A stretch of DNA of 64,000 bases from an uncultured SAR86 cluster bacterium (lineage in GTDB: Bacteria; Pseudomonadota; Gammaproteobacteria; Magnimaribacterales; AG-339-G14), in contig CACBTL010000002.1 of the NCBI GenBank assembly GCA_902542145.1, positions 8,170 through 72,169 on the forward strand. The letters are read 5' to 3'. Below are positions 28,858 through 39,667 of this stretch, one piece after another; the stretch's first letter is position 1, and each line of letters opens with the position of its first letter. The position numbers were made by a program, and so were the translations under genes. The notes beneath the pieces were generated by a model that saw only the letters and a list, made by a program, of their open reading frames with translations, was not told the origin of the DNA and made no database searches.

Positions 28858-29634
28858 ATGCGCTCTTTTTACACACTATCTATATGGATATTACTGGGAA
28901 CCTTTGCAGGGTATGGTCTCCTAACTTTGGTAGGTTTAGGAGATAAAAATGAATATTCTCCGAGAGCATTTAACTTCGAAAAATCTGCATCATCTGTTGT
29001 AAATATTTGGAGTCTTCGTCGGTGGAGAGAATGGCAAGAAAAAACTCCTTCATTAGGCCTAAGAAGATGGAAACAAGTCATCAAAACAGGTTTTTTCCCT
29101 GATGGATCAGGAGTAATTTTTGATGATGACGGTCATGTAATCACTAATCTACATGTTTTGAATAATTCAATTAAATTGAAACAAAAACTTCTTGTTGAAT
29201 TTTATGACGGATCAAATCACGAAGTTGAAATTATAGGCATAGATAGAGACAACGATTTAGCAGTATTAAAATTAGTAGAAAAAACTGTAAATATTTCACC
29301 AATTCAAAGAAAAAGAAAAATCGAAGATATAAACATTGGTGAAACTGTTTATGCGATTGGTAACCCTCAAGGGCTTGGACAATCAGTCAGCATGGGAATA
29401 ATTTCCGCAATCGGCAGAAAGTTCATTAATAAGGAAGGTTCGTTTATACAGACAGATGCTTCTATCAATCCTGGCAATTCTGGTGGAGCGTTGGTTGATT
29501 CAAATGGAAATCTATTAGGCGTTATTAATTTCATTGAATCGACAACCGGTGGGAATCAAGGTTTAAATTTTGCCATTCCAATTGATGTTGTATCAGAGAG
29601 TTATTCTAAAATCCTTAAAGAAACAAAAAGATAG
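28858..29634 (+). CDS. Membrane-anchored DegS/AlgW-like trypsin-fold serine protease lacking a PDZ domain
   Basis: It has an N-terminal TM segment and the catalytic triad contexts HVITNLHVL (His), NDLAVLKL (Asp) and GNSGGALVD (Ser). The ORF ends about 45 residues after the Ser, where DegS or HtrA would begin a PDZ domain. Confidence 0.75.
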   Translation: MRSFYTLSIWILLGTFAGYGLLTLVGLGDKNEYSPRAFNFEKSASSVVNIWSLRRWREWQEKTPSLGLRRWKQVIKTGFFPDGSGVIFDDDGHVITNLHVLNNSIKLKQKLLVEFYDGSNHEVEIIGIDRDNDLAVLKLVEKTVNISPIQRKRKIEDINIGETVYAIGNPQGLGQSVSMGIISAIGRKFINKEGSFIQTDASINPGNSGGALVDSNGNLLGVINFIESTTGGNQGLNFAIPIDVVSESYSKILKETKR

Positions 29635-30924
29635 TTAATTATCTCTCTCTTTTAGAGCATTAGCATGCTCCCAGAGACCCTCGCTTTCAGCAATATTTAT
29701 TGACTCACTGAGAAGCGTTTTATACCCATTTTTTTTATATGAGTTTTTTGAAGTAACTATGTAAGAAGTTTTTATAAAGAAGTCATTCAATGAAACTTGT
29801 GAACTAAATCTTCCTTGACCTCCCGTAGGAATAACATGCGATGGTCCTGCACAATAATCTCCCATTACTGCAGAAGCCTCTGCTCCGATAAAAATTGCAC
29901 CGGCCTTGATTACTGGCATCTGATTTAAATCAATGTCATCAATCAAAATTTCTAAGTGTTCAGGGATAATTAAATTCGATAACGAAATAGCATTTTTTAA
30001 TGATGAGGCTTCAATTGAGCAACAATTTTTTAAGGCTTCATTGATAATTTTTTTTCTTTTTGAAATTGATAAATTCTTTTTTAACGATTCATTGAACTGA
30101 TTTAAATCAAAGCCTGGAAGATGTATTAGAAAACACCTAGAGTCCTCGCCATGTTCAGCTTGAGCTAAAAAATCCTTCGCTGCATATTCAATTGAAGAAT
30201 TTTCATCAACAATAATTGCAACTTCTGATGGTCCATTAAGAGAATCAATTCCAACCTCGCCATAAAGTTGTCTTTTTGCCTCAGAAACATAGCTATTTCC
30301 TGGTCCAAATACTTTATCAACTCTTCCTATGGACTCAGTCCCGAATGCAACAGCAGCTAATGTGTGCGCCCCACCAGAATTTAAAACACTTTTTGCTCCG
30401 ATTAAATGAGAAGCCGCAAACATAAGATTCAAGTCATCAATTTTTCCAGGAAACATAACTGTTATCTCATTAACTCCTGCTAACTTAGCTAAAACACCCG
30501 TCATGAGAACAGAAGAAGGATACTGCGCTTTTCCTCCCGGAGCGTACAAGCCAACTTTATCTATAGGCCTCAAAAAATATCCATACTTTTCTACCGTGTC
30601 ATCTTCAAGTTCTTCAGATAATCTAATATCGTTATTGTGAAATTTTTCTATTCTGTCAGCCATGTAGATCAACATATTTCTATCTTTATCACTCAAGGAA
30701 TTGAACTTATCCCCCAAAAAATCTTGATTAAATAAAACTTCATCAATTGATTTAAGTTTTTTTCCTTCGTGCTTATTTATAAATTTAAGTAATGCTTCGT
30801 TTCCAGAGTCTTTGACTTCTTGAATTATCTCTCTTACTGCATCTGTGATGCCATTTTCATTTTGAAGATTTTTTTCTTTTAATAAATAATCTTCTAAAGA
30901 ATGGCTTTCGATCTCTTTAATCAC
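29635..30924 (-). CDS. hisD: Histidinol dehydrogenase
   Basis: It is 429 aa, has the QAEHGEDS motif, and follows hisG. Confidence 0.93.
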   Translation of the reverse strand: MIKEIESHSLEDYLLKEKNLQNENGITDAVREIIQEVKDSGNEALLKFINKHEGKKLKSIDEVLFNQDFLGDKFNSLSDKDRNMLIYMADRIEKFHNNDIRLSEELEDDTVEKYGYFLRPIDKVGLYAPGGKAQYPSSVLMTGVLAKLAGVNEITVMFPGKIDDLNLMFAASHLIGAKSVLNSGGAHTLAAVAFGTESIGRVDKVFGPGNSYVSEAKRQLYGEVGIDSLNGPSEVAIIVDENSSIEYAAKDFLAQAEHGEDSRCFLIHLPGFDLNQFNESLKKNLSISKRKKIINEALKNCCSIEASSLKNAISLSNLIIPEHLEILIDDIDLNQMPVIKAGAIFIGAEASAVMGDYCAGPSHVIPTGGQGRFSSQVSLNDFFIKTSYIVTSKNSYKKNGYKTLLSESINIAESEGLWEHANALKERDN

Positions 30925-31522
30925 TCTTTATCCTTTGAATAAATTTTTTAATTTCTTTATTTTTCGTTCTAAATTTTGATTTATTGACAATCAGCCTAGT
31001 CGAAATCTCCTTTATAACTTTAAGTTCCTTCAATCCGTTTTCTTTCAGAGTATTGCCTGTATTAACTATGTCAACAATGTAGTCCGATATTCCCAAAATG
31101 GGAGCAATTTCAATAGATCCTTTCAATTCAATTATTTCAGCATCTATAAAGTTTTCTGATAGAAAATTATTTGTTTCTTTGGGAAATTTTGAGGCTATAG
31201 TAGATCCAGCTAATTCACTGACCTTATTTTCTTTAGCAGCTAAAGATAATCTACATTTCCCAATCTCTAGATCTAGGACTTCAAAAAAATTTTCTTCCTC
31301 CGTTTCCAAAAGAACATCTTTTCCAACGATTCCGATATCAACTGCTCCATAACTTACGAACTTAGGAATGTCCCAACCTCGAAGAATAGAAAACTGAACA
31401 TTCTTTTCTGAGGAACCAAAAATTAATTTTCTTTTATCTTCCTTTAAATGTATTCCAGAGTTCTCTAGTAACTGCCTTATTTCCTTATAGATTCTTCCTT
31501 TTGGTAATCCAATTAATATCAT
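30917..31522 (-). CDS. hisG: ATP phosphoribosyltransferase, short (HisZ-dependent) form
   Basis: It is 201 aa, begins LIGLPKGR, and lacks the C-terminal regulatory domain. Confidence 0.9.
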   Translation of the reverse strand: MILIGLPKGRIYKEIRQLLENSGIHLKEDKRKLIFGSSEKNVQFSILRGWDIPKFVSYGAVDIGIVGKDVLLETEEENFFEVLDLEIGKCRLSLAAKENKVSELAGSTIASKFPKETNNFLSENFIDAEIIELKGSIEIAPILGISDYIVDIVNTGNTLKENGLKELKVIKEISTRLIVNKSKFRTKNKEIKKFIQRIKSD

Positions 31523-32784
31523 GCTGAAATCCTTTCTATTTTTGCGCCCAAAAGCTTAAGTTTTTCCTCGATTCTTTCGTATCCTCTATCAATGTGGTAG
31601 ATTCTATCAACTAAAGTTTCTCCTTTTGCAACAAGACCTGCTAGCACTAAGCTAGCTGAAGCTCTTAAATCTGTTGCCATTACCGGAGCGGCGATTAATT
31701 TCTTGCCTTTACCTTTTATAAAGGCAGTATTTCCTCTCAGTTCTATGTCTCCTCCCATTCTTATAAGCTCATTTACATGCATGAACCTATTTTCAAATAC
31801 TGTTTCGGTCACTGTTGCAGACCCATTAGAAATGGAATTTAGGGCTATAAATTGTGCTTGCATGTCTGTTGGAAATGAAGGAAACGGCGCCGTGCTAAGA
31901 GAGGTTGATTTTGGTAATTCCTCTTTCATTTTTAAGTTTATTTCATTCTCTTTACACACTATATTTGCGCCAGCCTCTTCTAATTTAGTAATGACTGCAC
32001 CCAATGAGTTTGGTTGACAGTTCTTAACAGTAATCTCACCGCCAGTCATCGTGGTTGCAACTAAATAAGTTGCGGTTTCAATTCTGTCAGGCATTATTGA
32101 GAAGGATGTTCCGTGCAGTTCTTTTACTCCTTCGATGACAAGTTCATCAGATCCAATTCCAGATATTTTTGCGCCGCAATCATTTAAACAATTTGCAAGA
32201 TCGGATACCTCAGGTTCCCTTGCGCAGTTCTTAAGTATTGAAGTTCCTTCAGCCAAACATGCAGCCATAAGAGCATTCTCAGTTGCAGTAACACTTACTA
32301 GATCAAAGTGAAACTCACAACCTTTAAGCCTTCCATTAGATTTTGCCTCAATGTATCCATCTTTTATAAAAATTTCTGATCCCATTTTCTTCATAATATC
32401 TATATGAAGATTGACTGGACGACTTCCGATTGCGCATCCACCTGGAAGAGCTACTTTAGCGTAGCCAGTTTTTGCTAAAAGTGGCCCCAAAACTAGCACA
32501 GAAGCTCTCATTGTTTTTACCAATTCATATCTAGCACCTACATCATTCAAGCCTGATGGATCTAACTCTACTTCCATGTCTTCAGATAAAGTCATGTCGA
32601 CACCCATGGAGCCAAGTAATTCAAGCATAGTAGTGACATCATTAAGATGAGGAATATTTCTTATAGTTATTGGATCATCAAGGAGTATTGATCCAGCCAA
32701 TATAGGTAAGGCAGAATTTTTTGCTCCGGATGATGTAATAGAACCGTTAAGCTGAAAACCGCCCTCGACTAACAATTTATCCAT
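31519..32784 (-). CDS. murA: UDP-N-acetylglucosamine 1-carboxyvinyltransferase
   Basis: It has [11 protein letters not shown] and the active-site Cys loop [11 protein letters not shown]. It is 421 aa. Confidence 0.96.
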   Translation of the reverse strand: MDKLLVEGGFQLNGSITSSGAKNSALPILAGSILLDDPITIRNIPHLNDVTTMLELLGSMGVDMTLSEDMEVELDPSGLNDVGARYELVKTMRASVLVLGPLLAKTGYAKVALPGGCAIGSRPVNLHIDIMKKMGSEIFIKDGYIEAKSNGRLKGCEFHFDLVSVTATENALMAACLAEGTSILKNCAREPEVSDLANCLNDCGAKISGIGSDELVIEGVKELHGTSFSIMPDRIETATYLVATTMTGGEITVKNCQPNSLGAVITKLEEAGANIVCKENEINLKMKEELPKSTSLSTAPFPSFPTDMQAQFIALNSISNGSATVTETVFENRFMHVNELIRMGGDIELRGNTAFIKGKGKKLIAAPVMATDLRASASLVLAGLVAKGETLVDRIYHIDRGYERIEEKLKLLGAKIERISA

Positions 32785-33405
32785 TTAAGAATTCTGCCTA
32801 ATATCTGAAATTTCCCAGCCATCAATTACTTTATCAAGATCATCTTGATATTCAGAAGCAAGAGATGAGAATTGAGTTTTAAAAATAGAAACGATATTTA
32901 CTCCGCTGAAAATTATATTGATAACTCCCCATCTATTTTTCTTTTTTATCATTTGATAGTTGAGATCATATGAATCCTCGCCTGATGTTATTCTCACTCT
33001 CACAATTGCTGCATTGGGTTTATCCTTTGGATGAGCATGACCTATTACTTCAATTTTTTGGTCCTCTAAATTACTTAAGGCGCTTGAATAAGTGTTAAAA
33101 AAAGTCTCCTTGAATTTGTTATTAAATCTTTTTCTTTGTTCCTCTGTAGCACTCATGAAATATTTCTTACCCATAACCCGTTTGGATATTTCGCTTATAG
33201 AAATAAGCCCTGAAAATTCTTTCTCTATTAGATCGATTCGATTGTTTTCACTTAACATTTCTGCATTTTCCTTTAAGAATGAAAATATTTTTTCATGTTG
33301 ATTATTGACATAATCATCTAATTCATCATCTGCGGAGACAGGATGAATCAATAACATCAATGCAATTAATATAAAATTAATCTGTGAAGCAAATTTCCTT
33401 ATCAT
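32785..33405 (-). CDS. mlaC: MlaC/Ttg2D-family periplasmic phospholipid-binding protein
   Basis: It has a signal peptide, family-like motifs (ISKRVMGKKYFMSATEEQRKRFNNKF, NRWGVINIIFSGVNIVSIFKTQF), and a position next to murA. Confidence 0.7.
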   Translation of the reverse strand: MIRKFASQINFILIALMLLIHPVSADDELDDYVNNQHEKIFSFLKENAEMLSENNRIDLIEKEFSGLISISEISKRVMGKKYFMSATEEQRKRFNNKFKETFFNTYSSALSNLEDQKIEVIGHAHPKDKPNAAIVRVRITSGEDSYDLNYQMIKKKNRWGVINIIFSGVNIVSIFKTQFSSLASEYQDDLDKVIDGWEISDIRQNS

Positions 33406-33449
33406 GATTAGTAAGTTTACTATATGTTCTTAATTGAAATTTAAAAATA

Positions 33450-34418
33450 ATGACTGCAGATAACTTTTTCATTCATGCAAAAAAAACTTTTAGAGATGAA
33501 ATTTCATCAATAAATTACTCTTTAAATAATTTATCTAAAAAAGATTTTAATTTAATTTGCAACCATATAAAAAAACTTAAAGGTAAATTAGTTTTAATGG
33601 GTGTAGGAAAATCAGGTCATATTGCTGCAAAAATTTCATCTACTTTATCAAGCACTGGCACACCCTCTTTTTTTATCAATCCATCTGAAGCAAGCCATGG
33701 TGATCTTGGGGCTATTTCTAAGAATGATGGAATTTTAATAATTTCAAATTCTGGTGAAACCGATGAAATTGTTCTGATACTTAGCGGTCTTATAAAAAAG
33801 ACAAAGAATATTCTTTCAATTACTGGAAATGAAGAGTCCTCTATTGCCAAAAAATCCCTGGTACATCTTGAGGCAAAAGTAGATAAAGAGGCTTGTCCAA
33901 ATAATTTAGCGCCAACAACAAGCACTTCATTTATGCTCATGTTAGGAGATGCAATATCTATTGCATTGTTGAAAAATAATAGATTCAGTCCAAAAGAATT
34001 TGCTGAAAATCATCCTGGAGGGAAATTAGGAAAAAGATTTCTTCTTGCGAAAGATTTAATGATTGATATTAAAGAAATACCAATAGTAAAAGAAAATACC
34101 TCGATATTAGAAGCAATTAAAGTCATTACACAATTTGGCTTAGGATTTTGTTTAGTGAAAAATTCAAAACAATCTATTAATGCAATTTTCACTGACGGTG
34201 ATTTGAGAAGGACTTTAAATAAAAAAATCGATATAAGAAATTTATCAATATCAAAAGTAATGACAAAATCTTTCAAAAGTATTGAGCATAATAAAAATGC
34301 CTACTTAGCCAGAGAGATTATGTCTAAGAATAAAATCTATAGCTTAGTTGTAAAAAAACAAAAAAAAGTTATTGGCGTCATAAGAATGCATGAGTTGAAT
34401 GAATCACGAGTATTTTGA
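33450..34418 (+). CDS. kdsD: Arabinose-5-phosphate isomerase (SIS domain plus tandem CBS)
   Basis: It has GVGKSGHIAAK and SNSGET in the SIS domain, followed by two CBS-like repeats. Confidence 0.9.
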   Translation: MTADNFFIHAKKTFRDEISSINYSLNNLSKKDFNLICNHIKKLKGKLVLMGVGKSGHIAAKISSTLSSTGTPSFFINPSEASHGDLGAISKNDGILIISNSGETDEIVLILSGLIKKTKNILSITGNEESSIAKKSLVHLEAKVDKEACPNNLAPTTSTSFMLMLGDAISIALLKNNRFSPKEFAENHPGGKLGKRFLLAKDLMIDIKEIPIVKENTSILEAIKVITQFGLGFCLVKNSKQSINAIFTDGDLRRTLNKKIDIRNLSISKVMTKSFKSIEHNKNAYLAREIMSKNKIYSLVVKKQKKVIGVIRMHELNESRVF

Positions 34419-35134
34419 TGGGATGGCGATTAATTGTTTATTGTGTCCTAGCATTAGCGCTTACAGGCTCTTTTCTTTTTATAACAATTGAAAATGAGTC
34501 TCTTTCCTCAAAAGAAAATAATTCTTCAATATTTAATGCAAAAGAAATTGAAATTAGATCTTCTTCAAAAAACAAAGAAATTTTTTACACCATCGAAAGC
34601 GAGATGATTAATGCTCTTTCTAATTCCAATAACTTATCAATCTTCAAACCAAAAATTGAGATAAATAATAAGGATAGCTATCTAGTAAAGTTGTCAGCAA
34701 ATAAGGGTGTTTTTTTCTTTGAGAGTAATCAGTTTAATCTGTCAGAAAAAATAAATGTGAACCTTATCAAAGATAATGAAAAGATAGACCTTTTTGCAGA
34801 AAAAGTTTTTGTAGACATTGATAAAGAATATTTAAGTTCAAAAAATTTGAATCTGAAACACAATGATCTTACCTTTTCAGGAAAAGAAGTTTCTTTGTCT
34901 GATGAATTAATTTCTGTGTCAGGAAATCCTATAAGTTTTGCTAGAAAGAATGTTTTTAAAGGGCTTTCTGATGAAATTAAAATAGATTTAAAAAGAAAGC
35001 TTTTATATCTTTCTGGAACATCAAGCATTTTTATTGATGGCAAAGATATCTCAGGTGAAGATATCGTCTTTGACTATGAAAATAACAGCATTTTAAATTC
35101 TGAAAATTTGAGGATCAAAAGTGAAAACTCTTGA
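34415..35134 (+). CDS. lptC: LptC-like LPS export protein (TM anchor plus OstA-like beta-rich domain)
   Basis: It has an N-terminal TM segment and a beta-rich periplasmic part. The call rests mainly on its position between kdsD and lptB. At 239 aa it is somewhat longer than typical LptC. Confidence 0.55.
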   Translation: MMGWRLIVYCVLALALTGSFLFITIENESLSSKENNSSIFNAKEIEIRSSSKNKEIFYTIESEMINALSNSNNLSIFKPKIEINNKDSYLVKLSANKGVFFFESNQFNLSEKINVNLIKDNEKIDLFAEKVFVDIDKEYLSSKNLNLKHNDLTFSGKEVSLSDELISVSGNPISFARKNVFKGLSDEIKIDLKRKLLYLSGTSSIFIDGKDISGEDIVFDYENNSILNSENLRIKSENS

Positions 35135-35837
35135 ACTTCAAAATATTAAAAAAAGCTTTAAGAAAAAAGAAATCTTACACGGGATCGATCTTCAAATAAG
35201 AAGCTCTGAAGTATTTGGGCTGCTGGGACCTAACGGTGCAGGAAAAACTACTTTATTTTCTTTAATCTCTGGTTTGGAGATGACAACCTCAGGAAAAATT
35301 TTTCTTGATGAATACGATATTACTTTTAAGGATATTTCTTTTAGAGCTTCAAAAGGAATAATTTATTTGCCACAAGAACCATCTGTTTTTAGAAAACTAT
35401 CAGTTGCAGATAATATCAAAGCTGCCCTGCAGACTAAGTTCAAAAATATTGAAATAGAAGATAAATATACAAGCATAATGAAAGAATTTGATCTTTTTAG
35501 TTTAGAGAAACAAATCTCCGAAAACCTTTCGGGTGGCCAAAGAAGAAAACTAGAGATAGCCAGAGCTTTTGCGCTTGAACCTAAATTTATTTTATTAGAC
35601 GAACCTTTTGCAGGGATTGATCCATTAACAATAAATGAAATCAAAAATATTATTTCAAAACTACGTGCCAAAAATGTCGGTGTCGTTATAAGCGATCACA
35701 ATGCTCAAGCAACAATGGATATTTGTGACAATATTTCGGTGATTAATAATGGGGAAATAATTGCATCGGGTAATCCTTCCAGCATTAAAGAGAATAATAC
35801 CGTGCAACAAATATATTTAGGCGAAAATTTAACTTAA
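35121..35837 (+). CDS. lptB: LPS export ABC transporter ATPase
   Basis: It has Walker A (GPNGAGKTT), the ABC signature LSGGQRRKLEIARA, and Walker B (ILLDEP). The start is GTG. Confidence 0.93.
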   Translation: MKTLELQNIKKSFKKKEILHGIDLQIRSSEVFGLLGPNGAGKTTLFSLISGLEMTTSGKIFLDEYDITFKDISFRASKGIIYLPQEPSVFRKLSVADNIKAALQTKFKNIEIEDKYTSIMKEFDLFSLEKQISENLSGGQRRKLEIARAFALEPKFILLDEPFAGIDPLTINEIKNIISKLRAKNVGVVISDHNAQATMDICDNISVINNGEIIASGNPSSIKENNTVQQIYLGENLT

Positions 35838-35848
35838 AATTTCTTGAG

Positions 35849-37189
35849 ATGACCCAAGGCAGCGACATTTCTCTCTCTGAAGAAATCCAAAAACAACTCA
35901 CAAAAAAAAGATTTGAACTTATTAGAGGCATGTTTAATAGCATGTCGCCATTTGATATTGCATCAGCTTTGGAATCAAGTAGCCCAAATAACAGAAGGAT
36001 TTTATGGGAGCTTGTAGATTTTAATGTTGAAGGAGAAGTATTAAATGAGTTATCAATAGAGGTAAGAGAATTCTTCCTATCTAGTATGGATGCAACCGAG
36101 GTTGCTCAAGTAACAGAAAAGCTTGAAGCTGATGAAATAGTTGAAATTATTCAGGAATTGCCTGAAAAGGTAATCGGAGATGTTTTGAAAGCAATGTCAA
36201 GCCAAAACAGAAAGCTTGTCAGTAAAGAACTCTCTTTTGCCAAAGGTACTGCAGGAAGAATGATGAATCCTGACGTTGTGGTGGTAAGACCCTCTCATAC
36301 TATTGAAGTGATAAGACGTTATCTTAGGATCAGAGACGAGCTCCCCCAGGATATGGATAAAGTTTTTGTTGTGAATAGAAATAATATTTTAAGAGGAAAT
36401 TTACCTCTTACTAAAATCTTATCCGCTAAAAGTTCAGAGAAAGCCGAAGACTTAATGATCAGAAAATTTCATTCTTTACTTGCTACGAACTCAGAGAAAG
36501 AAGTAGATAGATTATTTGAACGTAATCATCTAATGTCTGCTCCAGTTACTAATGATGATGGTGAACTTTTAGGAAGAATTACCATTGATGATGTCATTGA
36601 TTCAATCAAAGAAGAAGTTGATCAGCCCTTCAGACAAATTTCAGGTTTAAGTAGGGATACTTTTCAAGAAACCTTCTTAGCTTTGAGATCTCGAGGATTG
36701 TGGTTGGGTGCAAACCTCATAACAGCTCTTCTTGCCTCTTCAGTTATTAATCTCTTTCAAGACACTATTGAAAAAGTCATATTTTTAGCAGTTTTAATGC
36801 CAATAATTGCGAGTATGGGCGGTGTTGCTGCAACTCAAACTCTTGCCATTACTGTAAGGGGCTTGGCATTGGGTCAAATAGTTTCAGGCAACTTAAGATG
36901 GATATTATCAAGAGAATTAATTGTTTCTTTCTGGAACGGTCTTTTTTGGTCAATAATTTTAGGTTTGATAGCTTCATTTTGGTTTAAAGATTTTGATATC
37001 TTCTTAATTATTATCTTCTCTATGACCATTAATTTGATTGCAGCAGCTTTGTCAGGTATCTCCATACCCCTGGTATTGAGAAAATTAAAATTTGATCCTG
37101 CCATTGGCGGTGGAGTGATAGTTACAACAGTAACAGATATCGTTGGTTTTTTTACTTTCCTTGGAGTTGCATCTATCGTTTACGCATAG
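35849..37189 (+). CDS. mgtE: Magnesium transporter MgtE
   Basis: It has an N-domain, a CBS pair and a C-terminal 5-TM domain (PIIASMGGVAATQT, TDIVGFF). Confidence 0.9.
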   Translation: MTQGSDISLSEEIQKQLTKKRFELIRGMFNSMSPFDIASALESSSPNNRRILWELVDFNVEGEVLNELSIEVREFFLSSMDATEVAQVTEKLEADEIVEIIQELPEKVIGDVLKAMSSQNRKLVSKELSFAKGTAGRMMNPDVVVVRPSHTIEVIRRYLRIRDELPQDMDKVFVVNRNNILRGNLPLTKILSAKSSEKAEDLMIRKFHSLLATNSEKEVDRLFERNHLMSAPVTNDDGELLGRITIDDVIDSIKEEVDQPFRQISGLSRDTFQETFLALRSRGLWLGANLITALLASSVINLFQDTIEKVIFLAVLMPIIASMGGVAATQTLAITVRGLALGQIVSGNLRWILSRELIVSFWNGLFWSIILGLIASFWFKDFDIFLIIIFSMTINLIAAALSGISIPLVLRKLKFDPAIGGGVIVTTVTDIVGFFTFLGVASIVYA

Positions 37190-37692
37190 GTATATTTTCT
37201 TCTGATGATCCTTAATAATCCAAATAAAATAGGCCATACAGAAGCTGAGATCAAACTATTTAATATAATTGCAAGGATGACAAAAAAACTGAATTCTTGA
37301 AAGAAAACATAAAGACTTAAAAGATAAAGAAAAACGATACTTGCTATCAAGAGAGATTGTTGAATTTGAAACATAGCTCTAATCCTATGAAAATATCTCT
37401 GAGTTAAATAAGATATAAATAAAAATAAAATTACATGAGTTCCTAAAAAATAACCCAGATTCAAATCCAGTAGAATCCCTGAAATAAATGACCAGGAAAG
37501 GCCAATATTTTTTGGCAAAGCGATATTCCAATAAATTAGAATCATTAAAGTAATTGGAATAGAAGATCCATAAATTTCGTATGAAAAGAAATTTAAGAGC
37601 GATTGAAAAAAAACCCCAAAAATTAGTGATATACCAATTGCTAATTGAGTAGAAAAAGTTTTACTAGGATTTCTTGAAGAAAAATAAGCCAT
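37180..37692 (-). CDS. mreD: Rod shape-determining protein MreD
   Basis: It is a polytopic 170-aa protein after mreC, with an ILLDLNLGYFLGTH motif. Confidence 0.8.
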   Translation of the reverse strand: MAYFSSRNPSKTFSTQLAIGISLIFGVFFQSLLNFFSYEIYGSSIPITLMILIYWNIALPKNIGLSWSFISGILLDLNLGYFLGTHVILFLFISYLTQRYFHRIRAMFQIQQSLLIASIVFLYLLSLYVFFQEFSFFVILAIILNSLISASVWPILFGLLRIIRRKYTYA

Positions 37693-38537
37693 TACGGTAA
37701 AGTTAATAAAATTTGATCGCCAGAGCTAAATTCTGAAGTCCCTAAGACCTCAATTTCTAAAAATTCATTATTTGATGTCGCTGAAATTTTATTAACTATT
37801 CCAACATCAATTCCCTTAGGATATTTCTTGCCAAGACCTGAGGTTACAAGTTTGTCGCCTGGAACAATATCTTCATTTTTCTTCAATCCTTTTATTAAAA
37901 AATTTTGAGGCATATCGGTTCCAACCAAAATCATGTTTGAATTTGTCCTTCTATTTCTTATGGGAACTTGAGAATTTTCAGCAAAGATTGGTTTAATTTC
38001 AACTTTAGAACCAGCAGATAACTCTACTGATCCTATCAAGCCTGTCCAATTAAATGCTACCATTTCATTTGCTTTTTCATTCCCATCAATGCCTACGGTT
38101 AGTGAAGGTTTAGGAGCATAATTAATTTCCTCTATTTCGCCGTAGATGAACTTTTTTTTACTGGTTTTTTCTAGATATCCCAATAATTTTTTTAGCTCTA
38201 TATTTTCTTGCAGGACCCTTTCGTAATTTATAAGGTTGAATCTCTGATCATCAATATTTTTTTTTAAGCGAAGTATTTCATTTTGTAATATTTCCCTATC
38301 TTCGAAATAATCAGAAAAAGAGATCCAACCTCCCCTAACAAATTGAGGTATGTAAATAATAGGTTCAGTAGCAAAACCAACGTAAATCTTAACCTTTTCG
38401 CCTACGTTAAATCGAACATCAGCTGCAAGAATAAGGATGGCAAAGATAATAGAAGGAATCACTCTGGAAAGCCTCATAGAGCCAGTTGTAAAAATGGCTT
38501 TTTGAGCAATTACAGCTTGTTTATGCTCCTTGGCCAT
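37692..38537 (-). CDS. mreC: Rod shape-determining protein MreC
   Basis: It has a TM segment, a coiled coil, and beta domains (GDKLVTSGLGKKYPKGIDVG). Confidence 0.88.
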   Translation of the reverse strand: MAKEHKQAVIAQKAIFTTGSMRLSRVIPSIIFAILILAADVRFNVGEKVKIYVGFATEPIIYIPQFVRGGWISFSDYFEDREILQNEILRLKKNIDDQRFNLINYERVLQENIELKKLLGYLEKTSKKKFIYGEIEEINYAPKPSLTVGIDGNEKANEMVAFNWTGLIGSVELSAGSKVEIKPIFAENSQVPIRNRRTNSNMILVGTDMPQNFLIKGLKKNEDIVPGDKLVTSGLGKKYPKGIDVGIVNKISATSNNEFLEIEVLGTSEFSSGDQILLTLP

Positions 38538-38546
38538 AAGGGACTA

Positions 38547-39587
38547 TTAATCTGTTGATAAAAGATCAATATCGTATTTATCCATTATTTCTAAGGCAAC
38601 TCCCCCTCCTCTTGCAACGCAAGTAAGAGGATCATCAGCCGGAATAACAGGTATGCCTGTTTGCTCTGATATCATTACATCAAGATCTCTGAGTAAGGCT
38701 CCTCCACCAGTCAAAACAATTCCTCTTTCTGATATATCAGAACTCAGTTCAGGTGGTGATTGCTCAAGACCGTTTTTAATTGCTTGCAATATTGAAGATA
38801 GAGGGCCAGACATTGCTTCATATACTTCTAAGCTGGAAATAGAAAGAGTATTTGGAACACCTTCAGCTAAATTTCGTCCTCGAATCTCCATCTCTTGTAA
38901 CTCACTTTCGGGAGTAGCGCATCCAATTGTCTCTTTTATCCTTTCTGCAGTTGATTCACCAATAAGAATTCCATACTTTCTTCTTAAATAAGAAATAATT
39001 GATTCATTAAGCCTATCTCCTCCGGTTTTCAATGAATTTGAGTAAACCACTCCGTTAAGCGCAAGAATGGCAACTTCAGTGGTACCGCCACCAATATCAA
39101 CTACCATGGATCCAAAAGCTTCCTCCACAGGAAGTCCGGCTCCTATTGCTGCCGCCATAGGCTCTTCTATTAGCCTTACTTCTCTTGCCCCAGCTCCAAG
39201 TACGGACTCTCTGATTGCTCTTCGCTCCACTTGTGTTGATTGACAAGGTACGCACACAAGAATTCTCGGGCTAGGTCGCATAAAATTATCGCCATGAACT
39301 TGTTGAATGAAGTGTTGAAGCATTTTCTCAGTAACCTGAAAATCTGCTATAACTCCATCTTTCAGTGGTCTTATTGCTTCAATGTTTCCTGGAACTCTTC
39401 CAAGCATCCTTTTTGCTTCAGTTCCAACTGCTACTACTGTTCTTGCCCCTTCTGTTTTTCTAATGGCAACTACACTAGGTTCATTGAGGACAATTCCTTT
39501 ATCTCGGACGTAAACAAGAGTATTTGCTGTTCCAAGATCAATTGATAAATCATTGGAGTATAATCCTCTAAAATATTTTAGTACCAT
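38547..39587 (-). CDS. mreB: Rod shape-determining actin homologue MreB
   Basis: It has the [10 protein letters not shown] and [11 protein letters not shown] motifs and is 346 aa. Confidence 0.97.
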   Translation of the reverse strand: MVLKYFRGLYSNDLSIDLGTANTLVYVRDKGIVLNEPSVVAIRKTEGARTVVAVGTEAKRMLGRVPGNIEAIRPLKDGVIADFQVTEKMLQHFIQQVHGDNFMRPSPRILVCVPCQSTQVERRAIRESVLGAGAREVRLIEEPMAAAIGAGLPVEEAFGSMVVDIGGGTTEVAILALNGVVYSNSLKTGGDRLNESIISYLRRKYGILIGESTAERIKETIGCATPESELQEMEIRGRNLAEGVPNTLSISSLEVYEAMSGPLSSILQAIKNGLEQSPPELSSDISERGIVLTGGGALLRDLDVMISEQTGIPVIPADDPLTCVARGGGVALEIMDKYDIDLLSTD

Positions 39588-39667
39588 TGCTTTCTCGTTT
39601 TATAAGCGAATCGTATCAATGCTGTGTCGAAGGGGCAAGAAATAGCAATAAAATAAAATTTGAAAAA

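Noticed and set aside
34415-35134. The idea that the 239-aa LptC-like ORF is an LptC-LptA fusion, which would explain the missing lptA.
   Set aside because: A fusion of the two OstA-like domains would need roughly 330-350 aa, and this ORF is only about 45 aa longer than LptC. I cannot identify two jellyroll repeats by eye. It is kept only as a question under the locus-erosion finding.
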